Of a stretch of DNA of 64,000 nucleotides, positions 53,135-63,861 are shown in pieces. Position 1 is the first letter of the stretch; every line of letters begins with the position of its first letter. Under the pieces are notes generated by a model, which was not told the origin of the DNA, ran no database searches, and saw nothing but the letters and a program-made list of their open reading frames with translations. Source of the stretch: Methanobacteriota archaeon (GTDB lineage Archaea > Methanobacteriota > Methanobacteria > Methanobacteriales > Methanobacteriaceae). A program made the position numbers and the translations under genes. The DNA lies in the NCBI GenBank assembly GCA_963787255.1, contig CAWBCJ010000001.1, forward strand, positions 64,001 through 128,000, in the 5' to 3' direction.

Positions 53135-54814
53135 TCATTCTTTTATTTTTTTTGAGCTCCAATTTTTTATACAATCTCCAATGTTTATGCAAACGTTAAT
53201 TTCGCCGATTTCTAGTTCTGTTTTCATGAAAGCATCCCTTACTGGATTTGAGATGTTGGCTGCTTTGATGATGATGCCTCTACTTTTCAATTCTTTGATG
53301 AGTTCATCTAACATTTCAATACCGGTTATATCAATAAATGATGTAAACTCTAAATCTAATACAAGGAGTTTCGTATCTCTATATTCATGATCTAATAGAT
53401 TTAGCATTTTGTTTTTTATACTATCTGCATTTAGGAATATTTGAGAGCCATCTAGCTTAATGATGAGCACGGCTGGAATTTGGATGTTTTTAGGGTGGCT
53501 TTTTATGTCTTTATAGTTATCTGTGCCTGGAACTTGGCCTAATATAGCTATATGTGGTTTTTTAATTTTGTTAATGAGTACCAAGATGGATAATATAATG
53601 CCGATTATTAATCCTTGTATAGTTCCAAAAATAAGAACGGATAATAAAGTTAAAATGGCAATGGCAAACTCTATACGACTAAAATTATATATAAGTCGAA
53701 AATGGGGAATATCAATGAGTCCTCTTATGGCAAAAATTACTATTGCTGCCAGTATGGTCTCTGGTAGATTGAAAAATAAACTTGTTAAGAAAACTAAAAC
53801 TACCAAAATGAATAATCCTGATATTCCTCCCGCAAGCGGCGTTTTAGCTCCACTCTCATTGTTTACTGCGGTTCTAGAGACGCTCCCTCCAACGGGAAAT
53901 CCATGGAACAGGCCTACAGCAACATTAGATGCTCCTAAAGCTAACAATTCTCTATTGGCATCAATTTTGTACCGATTTTTTATAGCGTAGTTAGTAGCTA
54001 CACCATAACCCTCACTGTAACTTAAAATAAAAACTGCCACTGCTAAAGTTATAAGTGTATTGACATCAATTAAACTTGTTTCTGGAAAAACTAGTGCAGG
54101 TAATCCTTGAGGTATTGTTCCCACCACATTAATCCCTAAATTAGTCAGATTGGTGACTGTTAGGAGTATTATTGATCCTAATATTAAAATTAGGGTGTTG
54201 GGTAGTTTAGGAAACTTTTTCGTTGCAATAATTAAAAATAAGAGCCCTCCCACTCCAAAGACCAGTGTGGCAAAGTTAGTTTGATCAATATGCAATATCA
54301 AATATGAGATACGCTGGAAAAAATTACCAGAAGCTCCACTTATCCCAAATAGTATGGGCAGCTGCCCTGAAGCGATAAATAAAGCTAAACCCGCTACAAA
54401 ACCAATCAAAACAGTTTTTGATATATATCTAATAATAAATCCCAAACGTAACATCCAGGAGATGAGGGCAAAAACACCTACCATAACTGCTATTAAAGAT
54501 GCAATAAGAGCATATTGTCCAGCATTTACTATCAAAAGTGACCCTAATGTGGAGCCAATCAATATGGAAAGAGCTGAGGTAGGTCCCATTGATAATTGAC
54601 GAGAAGTTCCAAAAATAACATAAACTAATAAGCCAATCATTGCTGAATACAAACCTGCTTCAGGGGGTAAACCAGCTAAAGATGCATATGCAATGGCTTC
54701 AGGAATGGTGAAAGCAACTACTGTAATACCAGCTAAAATATCAGGACGAAGCCATTCTTTATTATAAGAACGGGCCCATTTGACTACAGGCAAGATAGAT
54801 GAAACATTTAACAT
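53135..54814 (-). CDS. SulP family anion transporter with STAS domain
   Basis: DILAGITV..IPEAIAYASLAGLPP..GLYS, GTSRQLSMGPT, SRTAVN, FIDITG. Confidence 0.93.
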   Translation of the reverse strand: MLNVSSILPVVKWARSYNKEWLRPDILAGITVVAFTIPEAIAYASLAGLPPEAGLYSAMIGLLVYVIFGTSRQLSMGPTSALSILIGSTLGSLLIVNAGQYALIASLIAVMVGVFALISWMLRLGFIIRYISKTVLIGFVAGLALFIASGQLPILFGISGASGNFFQRISYLILHIDQTNFATLVFGVGGLLFLIIATKKFPKLPNTLILILGSIILLTVTNLTNLGINVVGTIPQGLPALVFPETSLIDVNTLITLAVAVFILSYSEGYGVATNYAIKNRYKIDANRELLALGASNVAVGLFHGFPVGGSVSRTAVNNESGAKTPLAGGISGLFILVVLVFLTSLFFNLPETILAAIVIFAIRGLIDIPHFRLIYNFSRIEFAIAILTLLSVLIFGTIQGLIIGIILSILVLINKIKKPHIAILGQVPGTDNYKDIKSHPKNIQIPAVLIIKLDGSQIFLNADSIKNKMLNLLDHEYRDTKLLVLDLEFTSFIDITGIEMLDELIKELKSRGIIIKAANISNPVRDAFMKTELEIGEINVCINIGDCIKNWSSKKIKE

Positions 54815-54876
54815 ACAATCTCCTAATATTTACAAGTTATATAAGTGCCCAAAAAAAAGAATTGAAAAAAGATTAT

Positions 54877-55092
54877 TTAGTCAAATAGCAAATCATACTC
54901 TTCTTCGGTAATTACTCCCTTATTCCTTAATAGTTTTGCTAATTGCTTTAATTTATCTGAATTATCTGGTGCAATAAGAGTTTCAGTTTCTCCAGATGGT
55001 TCTTCTGGCTTATTCATTTCATTCATTGCACCCATCCTTCTTCTTGTTCTTCTTCGAGCTCCTCCTCTTCCTCCAGGTCCTAAATCTGGCAT
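54877..55092 (-). CDS. Small SHOCT-domain protein
   Basis: DKLKQLAKLLRNKGVITEEEY; GGAGTG RBS. Confidence 0.6.
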   Translation of the reverse strand: MPDLGPGGRGGARRRTRRRMGAMNEMNKPEEPSGETETLIAPDNSDKLKQLAKLLRNKGVITEEEYDLLFD

Positions 55093-55154
55093 AATATCAC
55101 TCCTTATTAAGTAAATTATATTACATAAATGGGTTTAACTTGTCAATTATAGAA

Positions 55155-55313
55155 TTATCCTCCTGACATTAGGGAAACAATACCTCCAATGATCAGTAAT
55201 ATTGCTGCTAACCAAGCATATATGTAGATGAACGCTGGAAGTACCAAGATAACGATTGCGATAATAATACCAAGCACTAACATCGCACCACCACTCATTT
55301 GTGCATTTTGCAT
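55155..55313 (-). CDS. 52-aa two-helix membrane microprotein (below ORF-track cutoff)
   Basis: GGGGAGGTG RBS; MQNAQMSGGAMLVLGIIIAIVILVLPAFIYIYAWLAAILLIIGGIVSLMSGG*. Confidence 0.7.
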   Translation of the reverse strand: MQNAQMSGGAMLVLGIIIAIVILVLPAFIYIYAWLAAILLIIGGIVSLMSGG

Positions 55314-55380
55314 TTATATTCACCTCCCCTATACTTTAATCCTCTAATTATTTTTTTTAATCAAAGAAAAAAATAATTTT

Positions 55381-55743
55381 TTATTCGAGTTCTAATTTAA
55401 TACCGCCAATTCTGGGCGCTAAGTAGTTGTACAGTAAGAATGCTATAGCTGTTGCTATAAATGTTCCAATGAATGCCATAATAGGCCAAACTATGATTAA
55501 ATATAAAGCCCCCATACCAGTAATTGAAGCAGCGACTGAATTCACGACAGCAGCAGTTTCAGGTTTTAAACTGATAATAATGGTACTTATTTGGTATATT
55601 GTTGCATATCCGACAATGAAGTATAGGATTCCCGCTATGAATGATAAAATCAAAGCAATCACTGACACTATCAATGAAAAATCAAATACTGGTACAGATT
55701 TCACAGTTTTAACCATGGATTTTACTTCTTTAGTTTCTTCCAT
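55381..55743 (-). CDS. DUF3566-like membrane protein
   Basis: Two TMs, C-terminal LYNYLAPRIGGIKLELE; GGAGGTG RBS. Confidence 0.7.
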   Translation of the reverse strand: MEETKEVKSMVKTVKSVPVFDFSLIVSVIALILSFIAGILYFIVGYATIYQISTIIISLKPETAAVVNSVAASITGMGALYLIIVWPIMAFIGTFIATAIAFLLYNYLAPRIGGIKLELE

Positions 55744-55953
55744 TTGTTTCACCTCCTTTTTTTATGAATCATAAAAATTCCATACTTATTTATATCTTTA
55801 ATTGTATATATAATTAATAATTTATTAACTGAACTGTAATATAATTGATAAAAAGAATTTTAATAGGGTGAAAAAATTGACCCTAAACATAATTATCATT
55901 TAATGGATATGAAACCCCTTAAAATTGTGTTGAGGAGGATAATGGTGATAAAA

Positions 55954-56199
55954 ATGAGAATAAATGAACAAATAAAAGGAAAAGAAGTTGTAGACAGTTC
56001 TGGAATGCTAGTTGGTAAAGTAAAGGACATTGAAGTAAACTGGGCCAATAACGAAATTGAAGCAATTGTATTAGGAAAAGGAGGCATTTCTGAAAGTTTA
56101 GGTTTATCCAAAGAAGAAAATATCATTCCCTACGACATGATTAAACAAATCGGAGACAAAATACTCCTAAAAGAAAATATAAACGAACCAGAAATATAA
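55954..56199 (+). CDS. PRC-barrel domain protein
   Basis: IKGKEVVDSSGMLVGKVKDIEV...IPYDMIKQIGDKILL (alternative start 55942). Confidence 0.88.
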   Translation: MRINEQIKGKEVVDSSGMLVGKVKDIEVNWANNEIEAIVLGKGGISESLGLSKEENIIPYDMIKQIGDKILLKENINEPEI

Positions 56200-56257
56200 T
56201 TTCTTAAATAAATAACCATTTTAAGTTTTAAAAAAAATAATAAAAAGGGGAATAAGT

Positions 56258-56689
56258 ATGGCTGATGCAGCTACCGCAATTTCAGAAAACATTGTTCCAA
56301 TAATAATGGCAGTACTAGCAGCTATAGTAATCATAATCGTTGTATTACAATGGAAAAAAGTAAGAGAAACCCAAAACAATGTAGCATTAGTTGATAAACA
56401 GGTGGAACTTAAAAAAATATCCCTAGTAGAAAAAGACATTGAAACAAAAAGAATAATGGAAAATGTTATACCTCTACCTAAGGAACAGCAGGAAGAACTT
56501 GCTAATATAAGAAGGAATACTTCGGATATCATGCACAAAGTTGGGTTTCTCCACAGTGAAATAGGCGAAAGAGTTGCTCGCCTGGAAGCTAAAGCAGAAT
56601 ACGGGAAACTTCAAAAATTAATGAAGGATTTAGAAAAAAAAGAAAAAGATATAGATAAAAAATTTGAAAACACCTCAAGGAGGAAATAA
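56258..56689 (+). CDS. Single-pass membrane coiled-coil protein
   Basis: N-terminal TM then charged heptad-rich helix. Confidence 0.75.
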   Translation: MADAATAISENIVPIIMAVLAAIVIIIVVLQWKKVRETQNNVALVDKQVELKKISLVEKDIETKRIMENVIPLPKEQQEELANIRRNTSDIMHKVGFLHSEIGERVARLEAKAEYGKLQKLMKDLEKKEKDIDKKFENTSRRK

Positions 56690-56692
56690 ATT

Positions 56693-57328
56693 ATGACAGC
56701 TCTGGAACTATTTGCAATTATAGTCCTAGCAGGCGCAGTAATTGTACTATTTTACTATTACCTGAGGCAAATGAATAAAACAGGCAATGCTGGCTTCGAT
56801 ACATTCAAATCAAGCTTTACTGAAGCAAAAAAAGGAGTTTCAGATGCCGGAACCCGTGTCAGCGGAGGAATTTCCCAGCCAAGCGTTGAATCAGCAAAAT
56901 CAGGAGTTAGTGATGTAGGAACCAAGGTTTCAGGAGCAGCAAGCAGTGTTAGTGAAGGAATCTCTAAACAATTCAGCGGCAATAATGTTGAAGGAGAAAG
57001 CAAAAAATCAGGAATAAGTGAAAAAATATCAGGAATCAGTGGAAGCCTAAAGGGAAAAGTTAAAGGAGTGCCTATAAGTACAGATGACCTCTCTGGACGA
57101 ATTGACGAATTCTTAAATGATCAAAGTGATCGGCTTATTAAAGACTGGGAATTAGCCACAAAATCTGATGTAGGCGAGCTTGAAAAGAAATACAGCAAAG
57201 TAGCAAGGGACATAGATGAAGTGGAAAGACGCTTCAATGAATACAGAGGACATGCAAATAAAAAATTTGAACACATTGAAAATAGATTAGATGCTTTAGA
57301 GGGTGAAGAAACAGAAACACCCAAATAA
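56693..57328 (+). CDS. Single-pass membrane protein with G/S-rich repeats and coiled-coil tail
   Basis: TM, repeats AKKGVSDAGTRVSG/AKSGVSDVGTKVSG, WELATKSDV...IENRLDALE. Confidence 0.75.
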   Translation: MTALELFAIIVLAGAVIVLFYYYLRQMNKTGNAGFDTFKSSFTEAKKGVSDAGTRVSGGISQPSVESAKSGVSDVGTKVSGAASSVSEGISKQFSGNNVEGESKKSGISEKISGISGSLKGKVKGVPISTDDLSGRIDEFLNDQSDRLIKDWELATKSDVGELEKKYSKVARDIDEVERRFNEYRGHANKKFEHIENRLDALEGEETETPK

Positions 57329-57381
57329 CCTTTTTTCAACATTAAAAAGAAAAAGTATCAAAGTATACTGAATGTGCTTTT

Positions 57382-57414
57382 TTGTGAGTAAAATTTATAT
57401 ACTCCTTTCAAAAC
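57382..57414 (+). repeat. 33-bp direct repeat, copy A
   Basis: TTGTGAGTAAAATTTATATACTCCTTTCAAAAC. Confidence 0.8.
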
Positions 57415-57545
57415 TATGATATTAATATAATGTATGTTACTAAATTGTAGAATATTTTAATAAAATATAGAAAACAAAATTAATACTCTCTAATCAAAAA
57501 TATGTTATGAGTAAAAACTAGCCTTAAGAGCTTATCTTATCTATT

Positions 57546-57625
57546 TTAACTGGAGTTCAGACAAACATCTGCACATTCACCACAATCTACACCGTCACAA
57601 TTTTCATGATCAATTATTTTATGGT
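57546..57625 (-). pseudogene. Truncated 4Fe-4S ferredoxin remnant
   Basis: AAGGAG RBS then KIIDHENCDGVDCGECADVCLNSS*; no start codon, second cluster motif missing. Confidence 0.55.
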
Positions 57626-58105
57626 CTATCTCCTTATTTTACTTTATAGCCAAGTTTTCAGCTACTCCTACTTTTTTAAGTATGATTTGATCAGCCGATC
57701 ACAGACTTACACTTTAATATGTATTAATAAATTAATGTTAATTTTTGCTAGACTAAGTTGAACTGATAAAAAAAAAGAAAGATATATCTTTGCTCATAGC
57801 CTAACCATAACACACCACAATCCATTTTCTTTGCTCCTCTAACTACCCTATTTCACAGGATTTTGATAGCTCTCCAGATATTCAATGTTAATGTAACTGA
57901 GCATGTGCTCAGTTTTAACAAACATCCAAACAGTCATTGCAAACACAACTTAAATATTGTATGCGATGAATCAATGGAGTATAAAAAATTGGATAAAACC
58001 AGTATTGGTTATATTATGGGACAATATGGATGAATTAACAAATTTTAGAATAAATTCTCAAAACTTGAATAAATAGTATATAAAAGGTTTTTTAGAGGTG
58101 GGAAC

Positions 58106-59014
58106 ATGTCTATAATCGAAATTAAAGATTTAACCAAATTTTATGGGAAATTTCAGGCCTTGGATAAAATTAATCTTACGATTGAAAAGGGTGAAGTGTA
58201 TGGATTCATTGGCCCAAATGGTGCGGGTAAATCCACCACGTTACGTATTCTTCTTGGATTGCTTAAAAAAGATGGTGGCGATGTCATTATTATGGGTAAA
58301 GATCCATGGCATGATGCAGTGAAACTTCATCGTAAATTGGCTTATGTTCCCGGAGAAGTGAATTTATGGCCAAATTTAACTGGTGGAGAAGTTATTGATC
58401 TTCTAGGCAGACTTAGGGGTGGATTCAAATCTAAACGCCGTGAAGAACTCTTGAAGCGGTTTAAACTAGATCCAACAAAGAAATGCAGTGCATATTCTAC
58501 AGGTAACAGGCAGAAAGTTGCTCTTATATCTGCATTAGTTTCTGATGTGGAATTATACATTTTCGACGAACCTACAATAGGCCTTGATCCTCTAATGGAA
58601 GAAATATTCCGTCAATGTGTGAAGGAACTCAAAAAGGCAGGTAAAACCATATTATTGTCAAGCCACATACTTGCAGAAGTGGAAGCACTTTGTGATAGGG
58701 TTAGTGTTATTAAAGAAGGTAAAATAATCGAAACAGGCACTTTTTCTAAATTAAGGCATCTGACTCGTACCTCCATAACTGTAGATACCATTCATCCTAT
58801 CACTGGACTTGAAAGTCTGGCAGGCGTGCATAATCTGAATATTGAAGGTACTCATGCTCATTTTAATGTAGATGCTGAACAAATAGACCCTGTAATACGG
58901 CATTTGGCTCAATTCAGTGTTCAATCACTTTTAAGCTCTCCCCCTACACTTGAAGAGTTATTTATACGTTATTATGGTGATGAATATGCAACACCGGAAC
59001 AAAGAGATGTCTGA
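58106..59014 (+). CDS. ABC-2 type exporter ATP-binding subunit
   Basis: GPNGAGKST, YSTGNRQK signature, IFDEPT, SSH. Confidence 0.93.
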   Translation: MSIIEIKDLTKFYGKFQALDKINLTIEKGEVYGFIGPNGAGKSTTLRILLGLLKKDGGDVIIMGKDPWHDAVKLHRKLAYVPGEVNLWPNLTGGEVIDLLGRLRGGFKSKRREELLKRFKLDPTKKCSAYSTGNRQKVALISALVSDVELYIFDEPTIGLDPLMEEIFRQCVKELKKAGKTILLSSHILAEVEALCDRVSVIKEGKIIETGTFSKLRHLTRTSITVDTIHPITGLESLAGVHNLNIEGTHAHFNVDAEQIDPVIRHLAQFSVQSLLSSPPTLEELFIRYYGDEYATPEQRDV

Positions 59015-59027
59015 GGAGTGATTTTAA

Positions 59028-60632
59028 ATGCAGATTAAAATTGATGACTTTACAGGCACTGCAACCCTAACTAAGCTAATTTTACGTAGAGATCGGATAA
59101 TTTTACCACTCTTCATCATTTTCATGGCCCTAATAATGATTGGTATTGCAGCCAGCTTTGTTAATCTCTATTCTGATACTGCAGCACGTCAAGCATTTTT
59201 TATACAAATACAAAATAACCCTTCCATTGTAGCGCTCTTAGGTTCAGTGCTTGATTCATCCATTGGCGGCTTAACCGCATGGAGAACTAGTGTAGCGGGC
59301 CCACTAATCATGGGGCTAATAAGTATCTTTCTCATGATTCGGCATACACGTAGCGAGGAAAGAAAAGGGCGCATGGAACTCCTGGACTCTACAGTCGTGG
59401 GTAGACAAGCAATGCTTACATCTGCATTCATTACTACCTTCGGAACAAATATAATCATAGCTGTTATAATCAGCTTAGGTTTAATTGGATTAGGTCTTCC
59501 AGCAACAAGCTCTATTGTTCTCAGTTTAACCATAGCAGCTTTTGGATGTTTGTTTGCTGCAATTACAGGAGTTTGTGTACAGTTAACAGAAAGTTCTGGA
59601 GATGCCAGATATTTAACCATAGGACTTTTAGTTGGTTTTTATATGCTGCGTATCTTAGGATGGGATAATGGAGGAAATTCAGAGATATCATGGCTGTCGC
59701 CACTTGGTTGGGTGCATTATGTCCGTCCTTTTGCCGGTGATGAATTATGGGTTTTTGGAATATTCCTAATTTTTATCCTCGGCTTGACTATCACAGCCTA
59801 CTGGCTTTCTTCAGTGCGTGATGTTGGTGCGGGAATTATAGGTCAACGACCAGGCCCTGCAAGAGCGTCTAAGAATTTCAAAAGTTCATTTGCACTTGCA
59901 TGGAGACTGCATCGTGGTTTGTTGCTCTTCTGGATATTAATATCTGCATTAATAGGCATAATTCTTGGATTTACCGCACAAACAGTTACTGATATTATTT
60001 CAACCAATCCTCAATTCCTGAGTGTGATTATGCAGTTAGGTGGCGATGCAGGTCCTGCTGATAGTTATTTTGCCTTGGTTTTAGCATTTTTAGGGGAAAT
60101 ATTTGCAGTTTATGCAATCTTAGCCACTTTAAAACTTCAATCTGAGGAGTCAAAGAAACATCTAGAACTAGTGCTTTCAAATTCTGTAAGCAGGAGCGGT
60201 TGGGCTTTAGGTAACCTATTTTTTGCAATTTTAGGCCCTGCAGTGGTGATGATAATATTTGCCTTATGTTCTGGCATAATCTATGGTTTAAATACAGATA
60301 ATTTATCCCATGATCTTCCACGCATATTAAGTGCAGCTATTGTGTATTTACCAGCAATATGGGTATTTACAGGAATTTCAATGGCAATATTTGGACTAAT
60401 ACCTCGCTTGGCATCTTTAAGCTGGGCAGCGCTGGGATTAGTCGTGATTATTGAGTTACTAGGTGAATTTTTTGATATCAGCCCATGGATACTAAATATA
60501 TCCCCATTTACTAATGTGCCCAAGTTATTTGCTGGAGATACTGTAGGATGGTCTCTAGTTTTGGTTTTTGTTGTGGCAGTAGTACTTGTATTCATTGGTA
60601 TAGTTGGTTTTAGGAGACGCGATATCGCTTAA
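59028..60632 (+). CDS. ABC-2 type exporter permease (polyketide-antibiotic exporter family)
   Basis: LRRDR, RHTRSEE..GRMEL, WLSPLGW, ISPF, GFRRRDI; ~12 TMs. Confidence 0.88.
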   Translation: MQIKIDDFTGTATLTKLILRRDRIILPLFIIFMALIMIGIAASFVNLYSDTAARQAFFIQIQNNPSIVALLGSVLDSSIGGLTAWRTSVAGPLIMGLISIFLMIRHTRSEERKGRMELLDSTVVGRQAMLTSAFITTFGTNIIIAVIISLGLIGLGLPATSSIVLSLTIAAFGCLFAAITGVCVQLTESSGDARYLTIGLLVGFYMLRILGWDNGGNSEISWLSPLGWVHYVRPFAGDELWVFGIFLIFILGLTITAYWLSSVRDVGAGIIGQRPGPARASKNFKSSFALAWRLHRGLLLFWILISALIGIILGFTAQTVTDIISTNPQFLSVIMQLGGDAGPADSYFALVLAFLGEIFAVYAILATLKLQSEESKKHLELVLSNSVSRSGWALGNLFFAILGPAVVMIIFALCSGIIYGLNTDNLSHDLPRILSAAIVYLPAIWVFTGISMAIFGLIPRLASLSWAALGLVVIIELLGEFFDISPWILNISPFTNVPKLFAGDTVGWSLVLVFVVAVVLVFIGIVGFRRRDIA

Positions 60633-60874
60633 AATCATATTCGTTATATAATAATCATAACCAATAAAAATAGTGAATTTAAAATAAGTCAAGAGGGGTT
60701 TAAATGATTTTATTGAAATATTACATTTTTTTTTATTAGTTTCCCTGCACTTTTCTATTTCTGAACCTTTATAACCTCAAGAATGAATTCTACATGCTTT
60801 TACAGCCGTTCCCAAACCGTTTCCATGAGTTTTTCATCAGTTTCTTCGAAAAAAAATAATTGTAAATTTCTATT

Positions 60875-62062
60875 TTAGATTTTTGTTGTAAGAACTGGTT
60901 TAAACCTCATTAAAATCGCTAAAGCTACCAAAAGCAGAATTGCACCGCCCAAATATGGTGCTTCTGGATTAATATGGTCAAAAAGTATTCCAGCTGCTAA
61001 AGGGCCAAAAATAGTTGTTAAACTGTTAAGTGATGTGCTTACACCAAAAATTTCCCCTATTTCTTGTGGATGTACCATTTTAGAAAGCTGTGAGTTTACA
61101 CTGGGAGTAATTAAGCCTACGCCTAAACTTATAATACCAAGAACAGGATATAACATCCAGAATGAGTTTACCAATGCAAATAGTATCAATCCCACAGTTA
61201 AAATAATGGTTCCCATCATTAAAAGGTTTTTATCCCCAAAAATTTTGTACAGTTTCCCTATTAAACCTCCCTGGACAATGGCTATGACTATTCCGCTTAC
61301 AAAAAGTAATCCTCCGATATTTAATGTATCAATATTGAATTTATCAATAATAAATACGGGAAAAGTTACCGTAAACCCATTAAAAGTGAAATTTACTATT
61401 AAAAAAACTATAAGCAACATACCCAACATTGAACGAGTTATAAACTTCCCAATTGATGCAACAGGGTTTAAATCTTTCAATAATAATTTGGAAGAATCTC
61501 TTTTATCTTTAGGAAGTGATTCTGGAAGTATGAAAAACCCAACAACAGTTGCGGCCAATGAAAAAATTCCAGCAGCATAAGCAGGGGCAGAAAGACTTAT
61601 CTGACTCAATAAACCCCCAATAACAGGGCCAATAATGAAACCTAAACCAAAAGCCGCGCCTATAACACCAAGGTTTTTTGTTCGATCCTTAGGCGATGAT
61701 ATATCACTAATTATTGCTGAAGCCACAGATACATTACCTCCAGTAAATCCATCAATGATTCTGGAAATATAAAGTATCCACAATGCTCCTCCAATTCCAA
61801 AAATAAAGTATCCAATTGCAGAACCCAATAAACAGACCAGGAGGACAGGACGACGCCCAAAACGGTCTGATATTCTGCCTAAGATAGGGGCGCCTATAAA
61901 TTGAAAAACAGCATAGAAAACTGTGAGTAAACTTACTGCTAGGGCGGTAGTATTATATTCCCTAACTATAAATGCCTGAACCGTTATTAGTAGTGTTAAG
62001 CCGATGAAATTAAATAAAACTATAGTAAATAGAAATGCTAAGATTTTTTTATTCATTTGCAT
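60875..62062 (-). CDS. MFS drug:H+ antiporter (TetA/DHA1-like)
   Basis: [12 protein letters not shown] motif [20 protein letters not shown] (ORF open to 62077). Confidence 0.9.
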   Translation of the reverse strand: MQMNKKILAFLFTIVLFNFIGLTLLITVQAFIVREYNTTALAVSLLTVFYAVFQFIGAPILGRISDRFGRRPVLLVCLLGSAIGYFIFGIGGALWILYISRIIDGFTGGNVSVASAIISDISSPKDRTKNLGVIGAAFGLGFIIGPVIGGLLSQISLSAPAYAAGIFSLAATVVGFFILPESLPKDKRDSSKLLLKDLNPVASIGKFITRSMLGMLLIVFLIVNFTFNGFTVTFPVFIIDKFNIDTLNIGGLLFVSGIVIAIVQGGLIGKLYKIFGDKNLLMMGTIILTVGLILFALVNSFWMLYPVLGIISLGVGLITPSVNSQLSKMVHPQEIGEIFGVSTSLNSLTTIFGPLAAGILFDHINPEAPYLGGAILLLVALAILMRFKPVLTTKI

Positions 62063-62236
62063 TGTTTTTCCTGCCAAAATCTGATATTAATATGATTTCG
62101 TTGAATTTAAGTATTTAATTTTTAATCTAATAAATAGTTTATCAAAATATTTATTTGTAAGCTTGAACAACATATATTATAGATTATATTTTAAAATCTA
62201 AGATAAATTAAGGGTTTAAAGGAGGTTGGGACTGAT

Positions 62237-62725
62237 ATGACAAGTTTTAATGTTAGGGAAATCCCTAAATTGATTATTTCGATACTTATAGTATTTTTAG
62301 CAGGTGCTGTGGGAACAGTTTTTACTCTGTCCGAAATAACAACTTGGTATGCCGCACTAGCCAAACCAAGCTTGACACCACCAAACTGGGCATTTGGGCC
62401 AGTATGGAGCACATTATATGTTCTAATGGGAATAGCGTTGTTTTTAGTTTGGAGAGAAGGTTTAGAAAGAAAAGAAGTTAAAGTAGCTATCCTTATATTT
62501 GCTGTTCAACTGGCTATAAATGTAATGTGGTCTTTAGTGTTTTTCGGAGGGCACAACATATTTGGCGGTTTAGTTTTAATAGTAATTCTCTGGATAGCCA
62601 TATTAATAAACATCATTGTTTTCTACCGTATTTCAAAAGCAGCAGGACTAATACTTATCCCTTACTTAATCTGGGTGAGCATAGCAACCTACTTAAACTA
62701 CAGCGTTTTCATATTAAATCCATAA
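62237..62725 (+). CDS. tspO: TspO/MBR family tryptophan-rich sensory protein
   Basis: WYAALAKPSLTPPNWAFGPVWSTLY, PYLIWVSIATYLN. Confidence 0.92.
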   Translation: MTSFNVREIPKLIISILIVFLAGAVGTVFTLSEITTWYAALAKPSLTPPNWAFGPVWSTLYVLMGIALFLVWREGLERKEVKVAILIFAVQLAINVMWSLVFFGGHNIFGGLVLIVILWIAILINIIVFYRISKAAGLILIPYLIWVSIATYLNYSVFILNP

Positions 62726-62894
62726 AATATTTCCTATTTATTCTTTTTTTTTAGCATTTTGTTAATTATATAAATGATTTTAACCTGATTATAGTTTCAA
62801 TAAAATATTTATTGGCATCTGAAAAGTTTAAAAAGTCTTTCTACCATATTGATAAAATAATTGTTATTAGAGGAAAATGTTAGGGGCAGTATTT

Positions 62895-63740
62895 ATGGAT
62901 GTTATTCTTCAACAGTTTGCTAATTTGAGTGTTTTAATTTATATTGTTTCAACCATGTTATCTATGGGGCTTAGTTTTTTCCCAAAACAATTTATTGAAC
63001 CTCTAAAAGATAAAAAACTTATATTAAAGTCATTAGCTGCAAATTTCATACTTGTACCCATCATAACTTATATTATACTGCAAATAATACCTCTACAACC
63101 AGGTCTTGCTATTGGGCTGGTTTTAATGGCTGCAGGAGCAGGATCACCCTTTATGCTAAAATTAGTTCAATTTATGAAAGCAAATATTGCATTTGCTGTA
63201 GGACTAATGCTAATATTATCAATAGTAACTTTAATCTACATGCCCCTTGTACTTTCTTTCCTTTTACCTGGTGTTTCAGTAAATCCTTTATCTATAGCCG
63301 TTTCCTTATTGATTTTAATATTTTTACCATTAATCATTGGAACATCAGTAAAATGGAGATATAACAATATTGCTGAAAAAATTAAACCCACATTTAATCA
63401 AATATCCAACATATTCATATTTGTTGTAGTAATTCTTTATCTTGTTCTCAACTATAGAGACTTTTTAACAGTATTCGGTACAGGAGCCTTAATAGCGGCC
63501 ATAATATTCGTTTTAACATCCTTCTCAATAGGGTATTTATTAGGAGGCCCTTCAAAAGATACAAAAACAGTACTTGGCCTTGGAACCACTATAAGAAACT
63601 CATCTGCCGCTTTTGTAGTGGCCGTTGCCAACTTCAGTGCAGAATACGATGTTATGGCCATGATAATCGTAGTATATTTAATCAGCATAATCATGATGAT
63701 GATAATCTCCGGAGAAATCAACAAAAGAACAAAAGAATAA
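62895..63740 (+). CDS. Bile acid:sodium symporter (BASS) family transporter
   Basis: MLSMGL, LAANFILVP, GAGSP, GTTIRN (ORF open to 62877). Confidence 0.85.
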   Translation: MDVILQQFANLSVLIYIVSTMLSMGLSFFPKQFIEPLKDKKLILKSLAANFILVPIITYIILQIIPLQPGLAIGLVLMAAGAGSPFMLKLVQFMKANIAFAVGLMLILSIVTLIYMPLVLSFLLPGVSVNPLSIAVSLLILIFLPLIIGTSVKWRYNNIAEKIKPTFNQISNIFIFVVVILYLVLNYRDFLTVFGTGALIAAIIFVLTSFSIGYLLGGPSKDTKTVLGLGTTIRNSSAAFVVAVANFSAEYDVMAMIIVVYLISIIMMMIISGEINKRTKE

Positions 63741-63861
63741 GAATGCCAACATAGACGAATCTGGGTCAAATCAGAATATGGAGTTGGTTCTACTTTTTAT
63801 TTTACTATTTCATTAAAATAAGTTAATTTTATATTTTTTTTCTTATTTTGTTAAGTGCTTA

